Shown here: positions 24,570 to 35,104 of the stretch, in pieces
How the letters are laid out: each line of letters begins with the position of its first letter
Numbering within the stretch: the first letter of the stretch is position 1
Source of the DNA: an uncultured Clostridia bacterium
GTDB lineage: Bacteria > Bacillota > Clostridia > Lachnospirales > CALKRZ01
Assembly: GCA_937989765.1 (NCBI GenBank)
Contig: CALKRZ010000173.1
Coordinates: 1-37,230 of the forward strand
Direction of reading: 5' to 3'
DNA length: 37,230 nt
The notes under the pieces: generated by a model
Told to the model about the DNA's origin: nothing
The model's input: the letters and a program-made list of their open reading frames with translations, nothing else
The model's database searches: none
Program-made: the position numbers and the translations under genes

Positions 24570-25376
24570 GTGGACCATAGAGCCATAGGGATTTTTGATT
24601 CGGGTGTAGGAGGGCTGACAGTTGTGAAGGAAGTCATGGGACTACTCCCGTATGAAAAAATCATATATTTTGGAGATACAGCCCGGGTTCCTTACGGTAG
24701 CAAATCCAAAGAAACCGTTACCAAGTTTTCTAAGCAGATTATTCGCTTTTTGCTCACGAAGCAGATCAAAGCCATTATCATTGCGTGTAATACAGCCAGT
24801 TCTAATAGCCTTGCCGCAGTGCAGCAGGAGTTTGATATACCCATCATTGGCGTGGTAGAGCCTGGAGTCACCATGGCGCTACAAACAACCAAGAATCAAA
24901 AGATCGGAGTGATCGGCACCGAGGCTACGATCAGAAGCAATGCGTATAAAGCGCTACTCCATTCTGTCCGTCCTACGCTTTCAGTTTTTTCCACGCCTTG
25001 TCCTCTATTTGTACCCTTGGCAGAAGAGGGGTGGACAGAAAATGAAGTAGCGCTACTGACTGCGCAAAGTTATCTGATACCTCTACAACAAAAAGGCATC
25101 GATACATTGGTACTCGGTTGCACACACTATCCTCTCCTCATCCACAGTATCCAAAAAGTCATGGGAGAGGAAATTACGCTAGTAAACCCTGCTTCAGAAG
25201 CGGCCAAAAACATAAAGGCCCTTTTGGAAAGGGCGCAAGCATTTGCAGGACAAGATACCCACCCTACGCATGAGTTTTATGCAAGCGACAACACAGCCAA
25301 ATTCGAACAGATTGCTCAGATCATCTTAGGCGCCAAGATGCAACCAGCTACCAAGATAGATATCGAAATCTACTAG
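24570..25376 (+). CDS. murI: glutamate racemase
   Basis: GTG start preceded by AAGGAGGGG. Motifs present: IGIFDSGVGGLTV, IIACNTAS and LGCTHYP (the two catalytic Cys boxes). Confidence 0.92.
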   Translation: MDHRAIGIFDSGVGGLTVVKEVMGLLPYEKIIYFGDTARVPYGSKSKETVTKFSKQIIRFLLTKQIKAIIIACNTASSNSLAAVQQEFDIPIIGVVEPGVTMALQTTKNQKIGVIGTEATIRSNAYKALLHSVRPTLSVFSTPCPLFVPLAEEGWTENEVALLTAQSYLIPLQQKGIDTLVLGCTHYPLLIHSIQKVMGEEITLVNPASEAAKNIKALLERAQAFAGQDTHPTHEFYASDNTAKFEQIAQIILGAKMQPATKIDIEIY

Positions 25377-25390
25377 ATATATGAAAATTC

Positions 25391-25419
25391 TTGTAAAAAG
25401 ACAGTCTCGGGGATATAAT
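25391..25419 (+). promoter_or_regulatory. predicted sigmaA-type promoter upstream of the DUF1934-galU pair
   Basis: TTGTAA, 17 nt spacer, TATAAT. This implies a leader of about 160 nt. Confidence 0.45.
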
Positions 25420-25585
25420 TATACATAAGTGCAGAAAGTACAGGATCGGACAAAGAGAAGAAGTACTTATCTAGATATAATTATAAGCTGCTATCATAGC
25501 GGAAGGGTAGGTATATGTTTCGTAGTGACTTCGTTGTTTGGTTATTCTTGGACTCCAAAATCTTATATTACTAAGGAGCAACACT

Positions 25586-26062
25586 ATGCAAAAGAATATT
25601 ATGATCATGTTAGTAGGTATGCAGGTACTAAACCATGGGGAAACAGATACGATGGAAATGATGGTGTCAGGAACCTATTACGAAAAAAATAATAAGCAGT
25701 ATATTACCTATAAAGAATCACAAATGACCAATTTAAATAACACCACTACCACCGTCAAATGGGATGGGAAAAAAGTAACGATCATACGGTTTGGAGATAC
25801 TCAGTCCAATATGATTTTTGAACTCAATCGTAAACATGTGACGTATTATGATACACCCAATGGGTGCTTTACTGTATCCACGATGGCTAAAGAGATCAAA
25901 GTCGATTTAGTACAGGGTGAAGGAGAGATTCATGTGGTGTATGCGTTAGAATTAGACAATATGAGCATAGGGGTCAACAGCTTTCAAATGACCATAGGCG
26001 ACAAGGAAGACATAAAAAAGATGATTCCAACAGAGTATTGTTCCGAAATACAAATGCAATAA
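25586..26062 (+). CDS. DUF1934 (YwiB-like) beta-barrel protein
   Basis: Track ORF 25538..26062. Start refined to the ATG at 25586 (MQKNIMIMLVG), preceded by TAAGGAG. The size and sequence pattern (TYYEKNNKQYITYKE...) are typical of DUF1934. Confidence 0.7.
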   Translation: MQKNIMIMLVGMQVLNHGETDTMEMMVSGTYYEKNNKQYITYKESQMTNLNNTTTTVKWDGKKVTIIRFGDTQSNMIFELNRKHVTYYDTPNGCFTVSTMAKEIKVDLVQGEGEIHVVYALELDNMSIGVNSFQMTIGDKEDIKKMIPTEYCSEIQMQ

Positions 26063-26101
26063 AATCATGATAGAAGCTCAAATGAGCAGATGGAGGTTCC
26101 T

Positions 26102-26974
26102 ATGCAGATCAAAAAAGCAATCATACCAGCAGCAGGACTGGGTACAAGGTTTTTACCTGCCACTAAGGCACAGCCCAAAGAAATGCTTCCGATCGTGGAC
26201 AAGCCTACCATACAGTATATTATTGAAGAGGCAGTAGCCTCTGGGATCGAAGATATCATTATTGTGACAGGAAGAAGCAAGCGTTCTATTGAAGATCATT
26301 TTGATCGCTCGATCGAGCTTGAGGCAGAACTGCAGAGAACTGGCAAATCAGAGTTATTAGAGTTCACCAAAGAGATTTCTGAGATCGCCAATATCCACTA
26401 CATTAGACAAAAGCAGCCGAGGGGACTAGGACATGCCATTTTGACAGCCCGTACATTTATTGGGGATGAACCTTTTGCGGTACTTCTAGGGGATGATATC
26501 GTAGTAGCCGAAAAACCCTGTCTAAAGCAGATGATCGAAGTATACAATGAATACAAAACGAGCATTTTGGGCGTACAGTCTGTAGATCCTAAAGATGTAA
26601 GCAAATATGGCATCGTGGATGTAAAGCATATAGAAGATCGGGTATATAAGGTACGGGATATGATCGAAAAGCCGTCAACAGAGGAAGCACCATCGAATAT
26701 TGCTATATTAGGGCGCTATATCATTACGCCACGGATTTTTCATTATTTGGAGAGACAAGAAGAAGGGACAGGAGGAGAGATTCAGCTCACCGATTCTCTC
26801 AAACGGCTCTCTCAAGAAGAAGCCATGTATGCATATGATTTTGTAGGCAAGCGATATGATGTAGGTAATAAGATGGGATTTTTGCAGGCAACTGTAGAAT
26901 TTGCCCTAGATCGACCAGATCTTAGGGATGAATTTAGACAGTACCTTTGTGAACTATTAGGTCAGAATATATAG
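26102..26974 (+). CDS. galU: UTP--glucose-1-phosphate uridylyltransferase
   Basis: Track ORF 26090..26974. Start refined to the ATG at 26102 ([35 protein letters not shown]), which is the canonical GalU N-terminus. Confidence 0.92.
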   Translation: MQIKKAIIPAAGLGTRFLPATKAQPKEMLPIVDKPTIQYIIEEAVASGIEDIIIVTGRSKRSIEDHFDRSIELEAELQRTGKSELLEFTKEISEIANIHYIRQKQPRGLGHAILTARTFIGDEPFAVLLGDDIVVAEKPCLKQMIEVYNEYKTSILGVQSVDPKDVSKYGIVDVKHIEDRVYKVRDMIEKPSTEEAPSNIAILGRYIITPRIFHYLERQEEGTGGEIQLTDSLKRLSQEEAMYAYDFVGKRYDVGNKMGFLQATVEFALDRPDLRDEFRQYLCELLGQNI

Positions 26975-26975
26975 T

Positions 26976-27001
26976 CATGGGATTCCCATGGCTTTTGTTT
27001 T
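26976..27001 (+). terminator. rho-independent terminator of galU
   Basis: CATGGG-ATT-CCCATG followed by GCTTTTGTTTT. Confidence 0.6.
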
Positions 27002-27079
27002 AGATATCTAAAAAAATGTATCAAAGAGGATAAGATATACTATACCCACATCGTAATAAATAATTTCTGCGAGATGTGC

Positions 27080-27103
27080 GATAGAACACAGGATAGAACA
27101 CAT
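27080..27103. repeat. tandem 12-nt direct repeat GATAGAACACAG/GATAGAACACAT upstream of the first SLH gene (candidate regulator site)
   Basis: Read directly from the sequence: 11 of 12 nt are identical, head to tail, about 50 nt upstream of the predicted extended -10. Confidence 0.5.
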
Positions 27104-27152
27104 GGGAATTTCATCCTGTTATGATTGTATATCTTTTTGACGAAATAATATA

Positions 27153-27161
27153 TGTTATAAT
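27153..27161 (+). promoter_or_regulatory. possible extended -10 promoter element of the SLH gene cluster
   Basis: TGtTATAAT. No good -35 lies at 17 nt. Confidence 0.3.
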
Positions 27162-27206
27162 AAAACGAGCTGACGAATACCGACGATAATAAATAAGGGG
27201 GACTTT

Positions 27207-30176
27207 ATGAAAAAATGGATGGCATTTCTACTCGTATTCACTGTTTTGATACATACGCAAGTTACCGTGAGGGCGAACACGGATGTAAGCATTTTGATTG
27301 ACCCTGTTTCTGCTTCCTATGAAGGACGACAGCAGGCCACATCCATTATTCAAAGCATGGCATTTCAGGATGTGCCAGCTGATTTTTGGGGAAGAGAAGC
27401 GATCATGCGTATGGGCGCATTAGATATAATAAAAGGGGATGGGCAGAGAAGAGCATTTAGGCCTAATGATCCCGTATCGAATGAAGAAGCACTGGCATTT
27501 ATACTTCGTGCAGTAGGTCTAGAGGCACAAGCACAGATAGAGGCAGAACGGATCGCCCCCACACTGGCGAATAGACCTGGGCTGGAGGGGATTTGGTCAC
27601 TAGGATATATGCAACTAGCACAGAGAAGGGGATTATTGACCAGGGCCGAGCTTAATGATGCTCTATCAGAAGATCAAAGCAGTTTAGATCCTGCCATTAA
27701 TTTCATGAGAAGAAGACCTGCTACCAGAGAACAGGTCGCAGAGTGGATGGTAAAAGCCATCAATGCCACAGATGAAACAGTGTTGGTTCCCGTCAGAGGA
27801 CAGCATAAGATCTATGAGTTTGCGGACTGGCGGTCTATTACGGCAGAAAAAGTACCCTATGTAGAAGCTGCCGCCCAGAGTGGTATTATGCAGGGAGGTG
27901 CTGCCAGAAGGTTCGACCCATTAGGCAGGATCACCAGAGCGCAAATGGCTCAAATGATCAAAAATATTGATGAAATATATTTTAAAACCATGCAGTATAT
28001 AAGAAAAACAGGAACGATGGCTTCTGTGCAAGATCAACAACATACGACTACAGGCGCAGCCAAAGTAAGCAGATCCATGCGTATTCGTACGGATCAAGGT
28101 TTGGTGGAGGAAATACGGTATACCATCCAAAGAAATGTCATAGGGCAAACGATAGAAAAAGATGTGCCCGTATACACCAATAGGCAACTTAGTGGGCTTG
28201 CGTCCTTGCAATTAGGGGATGCCATCGAATACATCGTACAGCCAGCCACGGGTGCAGTACTATATATCAATCGACTTCATGGACTGCAACACACCAAAGT
28301 ACAAGGTGTACTACAACCTTTGGAGGTAGCGCAAGGAATGATATCGATCAAAGATGCCACAGGTAAAGTCTTTACATATCCTATGATCCAAGGTCTGTAC
28401 AGGATCAATCTCGAAGATGAGACAAGCTATATCTATATAGAAGGGAAAGAAATGCCTATAGAGCGGGCACCTGTCAGCAGACGAGTGGAGCTAAGTCTTA
28501 AAAATAATGTAGTGGATCATATTAAACCGATTGGAGAAGCGGTGCTATATAAAGAAATTCAGGGAATTATAACAGAAAATAATCCAAATCTGGCATACCT
28601 CACCATGATCAATAGTGAAGGAAAACAAGAAACAAAAGCCTATTATAAAAAAACACTTAAGGTAGAAAAACAGCAGTATTATGATCAGCAGGATGAGATC
28701 GGATATATTGATGATATATTTCCAGATTTTAGATTTGATCCGAGAGATGCCTCTATAGAAGATCTAGAAGAAGGGGATATCGTCTTTCTTAGATTAGATA
28801 AGGATGGAAATATTACGAAGATCAGTGCAGTCACGAACTACACGACCCAATACGGAAAGATCAAAAGAATCACCAAAGAAGGAAGTCTAGGAACCCGATT
28901 TTTACTAGAGTATGAAAACTTGTCTACAGGTTGGGTAGATGTACCCCATGGTATTTTTGTATCCAAGGAAGGACGTCCCATCTCTACTGCACAGATTGAG
29001 CCAGGAGACTGGGTAAAAATACTGGTGAATCAAGCAGTGCTACAACCAGGTCATGTAAGTCAAGTAGTGAAAGAAGTGATGGTAGAGGGGGATGAGCATT
29101 TTATCACCAATATCTACAGAGGACAGCTAGCAGGCTATGATGAATATCAAAAGAAGCTCAAGCTTCAAAATGCAGAAGCCTTTCATCACATGGGATGGAA
29201 AAATAGACAACAAGTTCAATATCTAGATCTAACAGGTCAAGAGGTAGAATATTACAATGAAGGCAAACGAATTTCTCAAGGACAAGCCAGACAATATTTA
29301 ACCCGAAGTGATGGAGAAGCCTATGTAGCGATGGAAAAATATTATGATAAAGAACGGGTCAAAAAAGTTACCTTCCGATTTGACAGAGAAGAATTCTTAA
29401 ATACAGATCATGTGGTACATGCAGACGGGATCGGTGCTTTCAAGATCGGATATCTACCCAATACCATCAAAACCGATGCAGGAACCATTGTGAGAAGATA
29501 TGGACGTCTGGTAGATCCACATAATATTATGATTCCAGACTATGCCAAAGTAGTACTCAATGGAGAAAATAAAGCGGCAATCGTAGATATTGGCATCGAG
29601 CCTACTATCAATGGGATACAAGTATTCAGAGGTAGAGTGATGGCGATAGACGAAGGACGAAGCTTCCACGTATCCTCGTTTTCAGCCTTGACAGATATGA
29701 CATGGAGTCCACCCTATCCGATCGCAAGAGTATTTCCTCTGGACTACAACACCAAGTTTTATGATGCCACAGGGATGGTAGATGCCAATACATTTATAGG
29801 ATATACAAGTGCCACCAAGCTCGGCGAAGTATTTACAATCATTACCCAAGGAACCAAAACACTAGCGATCATCGACAATCCCTTTGTAAAAGACGGTGTC
29901 AAAGGGACGATCTACAAAGTGGATGGCGATAAAGTATATATCAAAAACACTCTTGCGTATAATCAGAAGGGTGGGACATGGAGTGCCATCAGCAATCTAA
30001 ACAGTGCAGTAGAAGTGGAGCTGCAGCCCAATACCATTATGATCAAAAACAGCCAACCAGTATCAAAGCTTCAACTAGAAGAAGGGGATCGCATTCGCGT
30101 TATGAAGGAATTCACGACTACCCCGGTGACTAGCGGTAGTGTGATCAAAGGCTATATCATCTTTGTGGAAAAATAA
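27207..30176 (+). CDS. large cell-wall-anchored protein: signal peptide, N-terminal SLH domains, ~750-aa beta-rich region of unknown function
   Basis: Signal peptide (MKKWMAFLLVFTVLIHTQVTVRA). SLH-type segments are present (FQDVPADFWGREAIMRMGALDIIKGDG...; FADWRSITAEKVPYVEAAAQSGIMQGG...RITRAQMAQMI). The motif [LI]xxGDx[IV] recurs four times in the C-terminal part. Confidence 0.8.
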   Translation: MKKWMAFLLVFTVLIHTQVTVRANTDVSILIDPVSASYEGRQQATSIIQSMAFQDVPADFWGREAIMRMGALDIIKGDGQRRAFRPNDPVSNEEALAFILRAVGLEAQAQIEAERIAPTLANRPGLEGIWSLGYMQLAQRRGLLTRAELNDALSEDQSSLDPAINFMRRRPATREQVAEWMVKAINATDETVLVPVRGQHKIYEFADWRSITAEKVPYVEAAAQSGIMQGGAARRFDPLGRITRAQMAQMIKNIDEIYFKTMQYIRKTGTMASVQDQQHTTTGAAKVSRSMRIRTDQGLVEEIRYTIQRNVIGQTIEKDVPVYTNRQLSGLASLQLGDAIEYIVQPATGAVLYINRLHGLQHTKVQGVLQPLEVAQGMISIKDATGKVFTYPMIQGLYRINLEDETSYIYIEGKEMPIERAPVSRRVELSLKNNVVDHIKPIGEAVLYKEIQGIITENNPNLAYLTMINSEGKQETKAYYKKTLKVEKQQYYDQQDEIGYIDDIFPDFRFDPRDASIEDLEEGDIVFLRLDKDGNITKISAVTNYTTQYGKIKRITKEGSLGTRFLLEYENLSTGWVDVPHGIFVSKEGRPISTAQIEPGDWVKILVNQAVLQPGHVSQVVKEVMVEGDEHFITNIYRGQLAGYDEYQKKLKLQNAEAFHHMGWKNRQQVQYLDLTGQEVEYYNEGKRISQGQARQYLTRSDGEAYVAMEKYYDKERVKKVTFRFDREEFLNTDHVVHADGIGAFKIGYLPNTIKTDAGTIVRRYGRLVDPHNIMIPDYAKVVLNGENKAAIVDIGIEPTINGIQVFRGRVMAIDEGRSFHVSSFSALTDMTWSPPYPIARVFPLDYNTKFYDATGMVDANTFIGYTSATKLGEVFTIITQGTKTLAIIDNPFVKDGVKGTIYKVDGDKVYIKNTLAYNQKGGTWSAISNLNSAVEVELQPNTIMIKNSQPVSKLQLEEGDRIRVMKEFTTTPVTSGSVIKGYIIFVEK

Positions 30177-30187
30177 GGAGGGATAAG

Positions 30188-31771
30188 ATGAAAAAGATTG
30201 CAGTGATACTAACAGCAGTGATCATGATAGGAATACTCCCTAGTAGAGTATATGGGCAGGATGGACTTTTGGGCTACTTTGGAGGGATCTCAGAGGGTAC
30301 TCGCCTCAAAAAGCCAACCCAACAGGCTCAAGCCAAAGCAGGTAGAGTCCAAAACAATCAGGAAACGCTCAATTATAAAGAAGTACTGTTTATCACAGGA
30401 GAACCTATCGAAATTCAGGGTACTCTGCAGATCTCCGCATCGGGAGGGGTAGTAGATACACAAGATACGGGCACATTCACGGAAACGTATAAAGTAGTGA
30501 ATGCACGGGATAAAGAAGCTAAAGTGACTGTATCCAGAGATCTCTCTGTAGAAATACAGTATGATAGGGATAAGGATACAGGTCAAGTGATCAAAACGGT
30601 CAAAAGTGTAAAGACATGGAGAGAAACTGTGCGAATAGGGGAAGGCAAGACATACCAATTAGACCCCAGACAGTCTAAGTTTTATAAAAGTGTGATCACA
30701 GACAAGACCCCTGGAGTTACATACTACAGGGGAGATCTAACCCAACAAGCTGTATATACTGCACAACAGGCAGGAGGACAGAATGAAAGTACAGAAGTGA
30801 TCACAGTAAATATGAAAGGCCCCTTTTATGGCTATGATCAACCATACTCCCGAACAGAAGTACAAAATCTGGAGGTGGTAGTAGAATCCAAATCAGGAGA
30901 TAAGACTTGGCAGCTTCATGCCAATGTGCTCCCTTCTGTCACAGTAAAACGCACCCTCCAGTATGCAAAAAATGAGCTAAAGGCTTTTAGTATGGAAGGA
31001 AACTACAGGGAAATCATGGAAAATCATGGAGGGATGGAGTATAACATCTTCATAGGCCCTGATTCTTTAGATAAAGTAAAAATGAAGGGGAGCCTATCGA
31101 TTCCTACATTTAATAGTATTGAACAGCTCCCTGCGATCAATCTTAGTTTTCTTAAAGCGCACTTTGCTAAAGACGATATCGAGAAATTGTATAGCATGAA
31201 AATATTAGATGGAGATCCTAGATATTTTAAACCTAACGAGGTAATGACTCGTTCTCAGTTTATCAAAGCCCTATGTAAAGCCATCAACATAGGAGAAGAA
31301 CCACAGGTAGCTACCACCAAGAGGACTGCGTCAGCGAATAAGCAGCCAGAAGCGAAAGAAGTCATATTTGCAGATGTACAGCCTAATCACATGGATTATC
31401 CCTACATTATGGCAGCCTATAAAAATGGTTTGGCATTAGGAGGAAGAGGCAGATTTCGACCCGATGAGCCGATTACGAGACAGGAAGCTTTCGTGGTCTA
31501 TATGCGCGTACTAGGACTCAATGCATTAGGATTAGATCCTACGCCCATTACTCCCTTTAAAGATGATGCGAAGATCGATGGATGGGCCAAACAGGATATT
31601 TATGCATCGTACAATCTAGGACTCATTCGTGGAGATCAAAATGGAAACCTCCGACCCAAAGATCGTATTAGCAAAGGAGAGGGCGCAGCCCTCATCAATC
31701 GGTTGATTGACTATATGAGAGAAGGAATGGAAAGAGAATACAGAAGAAAGATGGACTATTATAAAAGCTAG
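30188..31771 (+). CDS. cell-wall-anchored protein: signal peptide, unknown N-terminal domain, three C-terminal SLH domains
   Basis: RBS is AAGGAGGG. SLH segments are present (FADVQPNHMDYPYIMAAYKNGLALG...ITRQEAFVVYMRVLGL; FKDDAKIDGWAKQDIYASYNLGLIRGD...). Confidence 0.8.
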   Translation: MKKIAVILTAVIMIGILPSRVYGQDGLLGYFGGISEGTRLKKPTQQAQAKAGRVQNNQETLNYKEVLFITGEPIEIQGTLQISASGGVVDTQDTGTFTETYKVVNARDKEAKVTVSRDLSVEIQYDRDKDTGQVIKTVKSVKTWRETVRIGEGKTYQLDPRQSKFYKSVITDKTPGVTYYRGDLTQQAVYTAQQAGGQNESTEVITVNMKGPFYGYDQPYSRTEVQNLEVVVESKSGDKTWQLHANVLPSVTVKRTLQYAKNELKAFSMEGNYREIMENHGGMEYNIFIGPDSLDKVKMKGSLSIPTFNSIEQLPAINLSFLKAHFAKDDIEKLYSMKILDGDPRYFKPNEVMTRSQFIKALCKAINIGEEPQVATTKRTASANKQPEAKEVIFADVQPNHMDYPYIMAAYKNGLALGGRGRFRPDEPITRQEAFVVYMRVLGLNALGLDPTPITPFKDDAKIDGWAKQDIYASYNLGLIRGDQNGNLRPKDRISKGEGAALINRLIDYMREGMEREYRRKMDYYKS

Positions 31772-31802
31772 CGTGCAGACACAGAAGATAGGAGGAACAA
31801 AC

Positions 31803-33200
31803 ATGAAGTGGATCAATAAAAATCTTTCCATAGGCATATTGATTTTGGTCTTGACCCTAGCTCCAATCCCCGTGTGGGGTCAAACAGCAGGCAAAGTAAC
31901 TACAGAAGATGCGGCGAGAGCCGTACAAGAGATGATGGAAGAAATCATGACTCGGTATGTAGGGAGCGAAGTGACTCCAGAGATGCTTCGGGATGCAGCG
32001 CTCAAAGGCATGTTTGGTATACTAGATGACTATAGTGAGTACTATACGCCCAAGGAGTATCAGGATTTTGTGACTAGCCTATCTGGAGAATTTGTAGGCG
32101 TAGGGATTCAGATCCATATGAAAGAGGAGAACATAGAAGTGGTTCGTCCCCTCAAGGACTCTCCTGGTGCCAAAGCAGGCATTTTGGCTGGAGACATCAT
32201 CCAAAAGGTAGATGGAAAAGAAATTCAGGGATTATCCTTAGATCAAGTGGTATCCATGATTCGCGGAAAACAAGGCAGCAAAGTGAAACTCACTGTCCGT
32301 AGAGGTACACAAACCAAAGAATTTACCATTACCAGAGCCTTGATCAAAGATGCAGGCATCCATGTTCAAACTATATCAGAGATATTTCCAAAAACATCCA
32401 AAGACGCCACCAAGCATATGCGGTATATCGCGATTACCAGCTTTAATGCGCAAGTAGCAGAGGATCTCCGACGAGAACTTCGGCAGGCTACAGCCCAAGG
32501 CGTGACGCATATCCTATTTGATGTACGGGACAACCCAGGTGGATATCTAGACCAAGTCATCGAGATTTGTAAGATGCTCGTTCCCAAAGGGCCTATCGTG
32601 CATACGGTAACCAAAGAGGGAGATATGGAAACTTTCTCCTCTAGTCTGCAAAAAGTACCCTTTAACATGGTCGTACTGATCAATGGGAATAGTGCTTCTG
32701 CATCAGAAATATTTGCGGGGGCTCTCAAAGACTCGGGTGCTGGAACACTGGTAGGGCAAACCACTTTTGGAAAAGGGATCGTACAGCAGACTGGCACCAT
32801 AGATGGAAATCTTATGTACAAAATGACTATCCAAGAATACTTGACCCGTAATCAAAATCATATCCATAAAAAAGGAATCGAACCAGATATCAAAATAGAA
32901 TTCCCTACTCTTTTGGAAGCCACGAGCAAACCATTGAAGATCAAAGATACAGGGAAAGCTGTGGAAAAAGTAGAAAAGATCCTACAGTTTTTGGGATATG
33001 ATGTAGGTGTAGTCGATGAGCGCTTTGATACGAAAACGCATACTGCGGTATTTGATTTCCAAAACCTATACAAGCTCCCTGCCACAGGGCAAGTAGATAA
33101 AGATACCATAAAAAAAATCAATGAAGTCGTGGGTAAAGCGCTGCAGGAAAAAGATAGGGTGCTAGAAAAAGGATATGAAATCTTGAAACAGATGAAATAA
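31803..33200 (+). CDS. S41 family C-terminal processing peptidase (Ctp/Tsp-like) with PDZ domain and C-terminal PG_binding_1 domain
   Basis: Track ORF 31773..33200. The likely start is the ATG at 31803 (MKWINKNLSIGILIL), preceded by GGAGGA. Motifs present: PDZ (GSPGAKAGILAGDIIQKVDG), S41 (LINGNSASASEIFAGALKD, TFGKGIVQ), and C-terminal VEKILQFLGYDVG...FQNLYKLPATGQVD. Confidence 0.88.
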   Translation: MKWINKNLSIGILILVLTLAPIPVWGQTAGKVTTEDAARAVQEMMEEIMTRYVGSEVTPEMLRDAALKGMFGILDDYSEYYTPKEYQDFVTSLSGEFVGVGIQIHMKEENIEVVRPLKDSPGAKAGILAGDIIQKVDGKEIQGLSLDQVVSMIRGKQGSKVKLTVRRGTQTKEFTITRALIKDAGIHVQTISEIFPKTSKDATKHMRYIAITSFNAQVAEDLRRELRQATAQGVTHILFDVRDNPGGYLDQVIEICKMLVPKGPIVHTVTKEGDMETFSSSLQKVPFNMVVLINGNSASASEIFAGALKDSGAGTLVGQTTFGKGIVQQTGTIDGNLMYKMTIQEYLTRNQNHIHKKGIEPDIKIEFPTLLEATSKPLKIKDTGKAVEKVEKILQFLGYDVGVVDERFDTKTHTAVFDFQNLYKLPATGQVDKDTIKKINEVVGKALQEKDRVLEKGYEILKQMK

Positions 33201-33204
33201 TGCC

Positions 33205-33233
33205 TTGACAATCCTAACTACGGATTATACAAT
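33205..33233 (+). promoter_or_regulatory. predicted sigmaA-type promoter of pyrG
   Basis: TTGACA (33205-33210), 17 nt spacer, TACAAT (33228-33233). Confidence 0.55.
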
Positions 33234-33250
33234 AGAAAAGTTAAAAATGA

Positions 33251-34885
<1,635 letters not shown>

Positions 34886-34931
34886 ATTTTCATCAAATTC
34901 GTTCTTTTAAAGTCCTTAACAAGCAAAGAGT

Positions 34932-34979
34932 AAAAAACATCCTCTGATTTGCATTATACAAATCGGAGGATGTTTTTTT
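34932..34979. terminator. strong bidirectional-type rho-independent terminator after pyrG
   Basis: A 15-bp stem, ACATCCTCTGATTTG with CAAATCGGAGGATGT, and a 7-nt loop. It is flanked by A5 upstream and T7 downstream. Confidence 0.85.
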
Positions 34980-35007
34980 AAGATTATATGGAAAAATATA
35001 GAAAACA

Positions 35008-35016
35008 TGATATAAT
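35008..35016 (+). promoter_or_regulatory. possible extended -10 promoter of the large surface-protein gene
   Basis: TGaTATAAT at 35008-35016, about 90 nt upstream of the ATG at 35105. Confidence 0.3.
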
Positions 35017-35104
35017 ATTGTATAAAATAGATCTTGTATTTATACAGCGTAAATAGACTAGATCTAGTACTGTATGCTGTAGATATAGGAAACATAGGAG
35101 GGAA

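Noticed and set aside
25429-25692. Track ORF 25429..25692 (+), 87 aa, in the murI/DUF1934 spacer.
   Set aside because: It has no RBS, overlaps the better-supported DUF1934 start out of frame, and its composition looks random.
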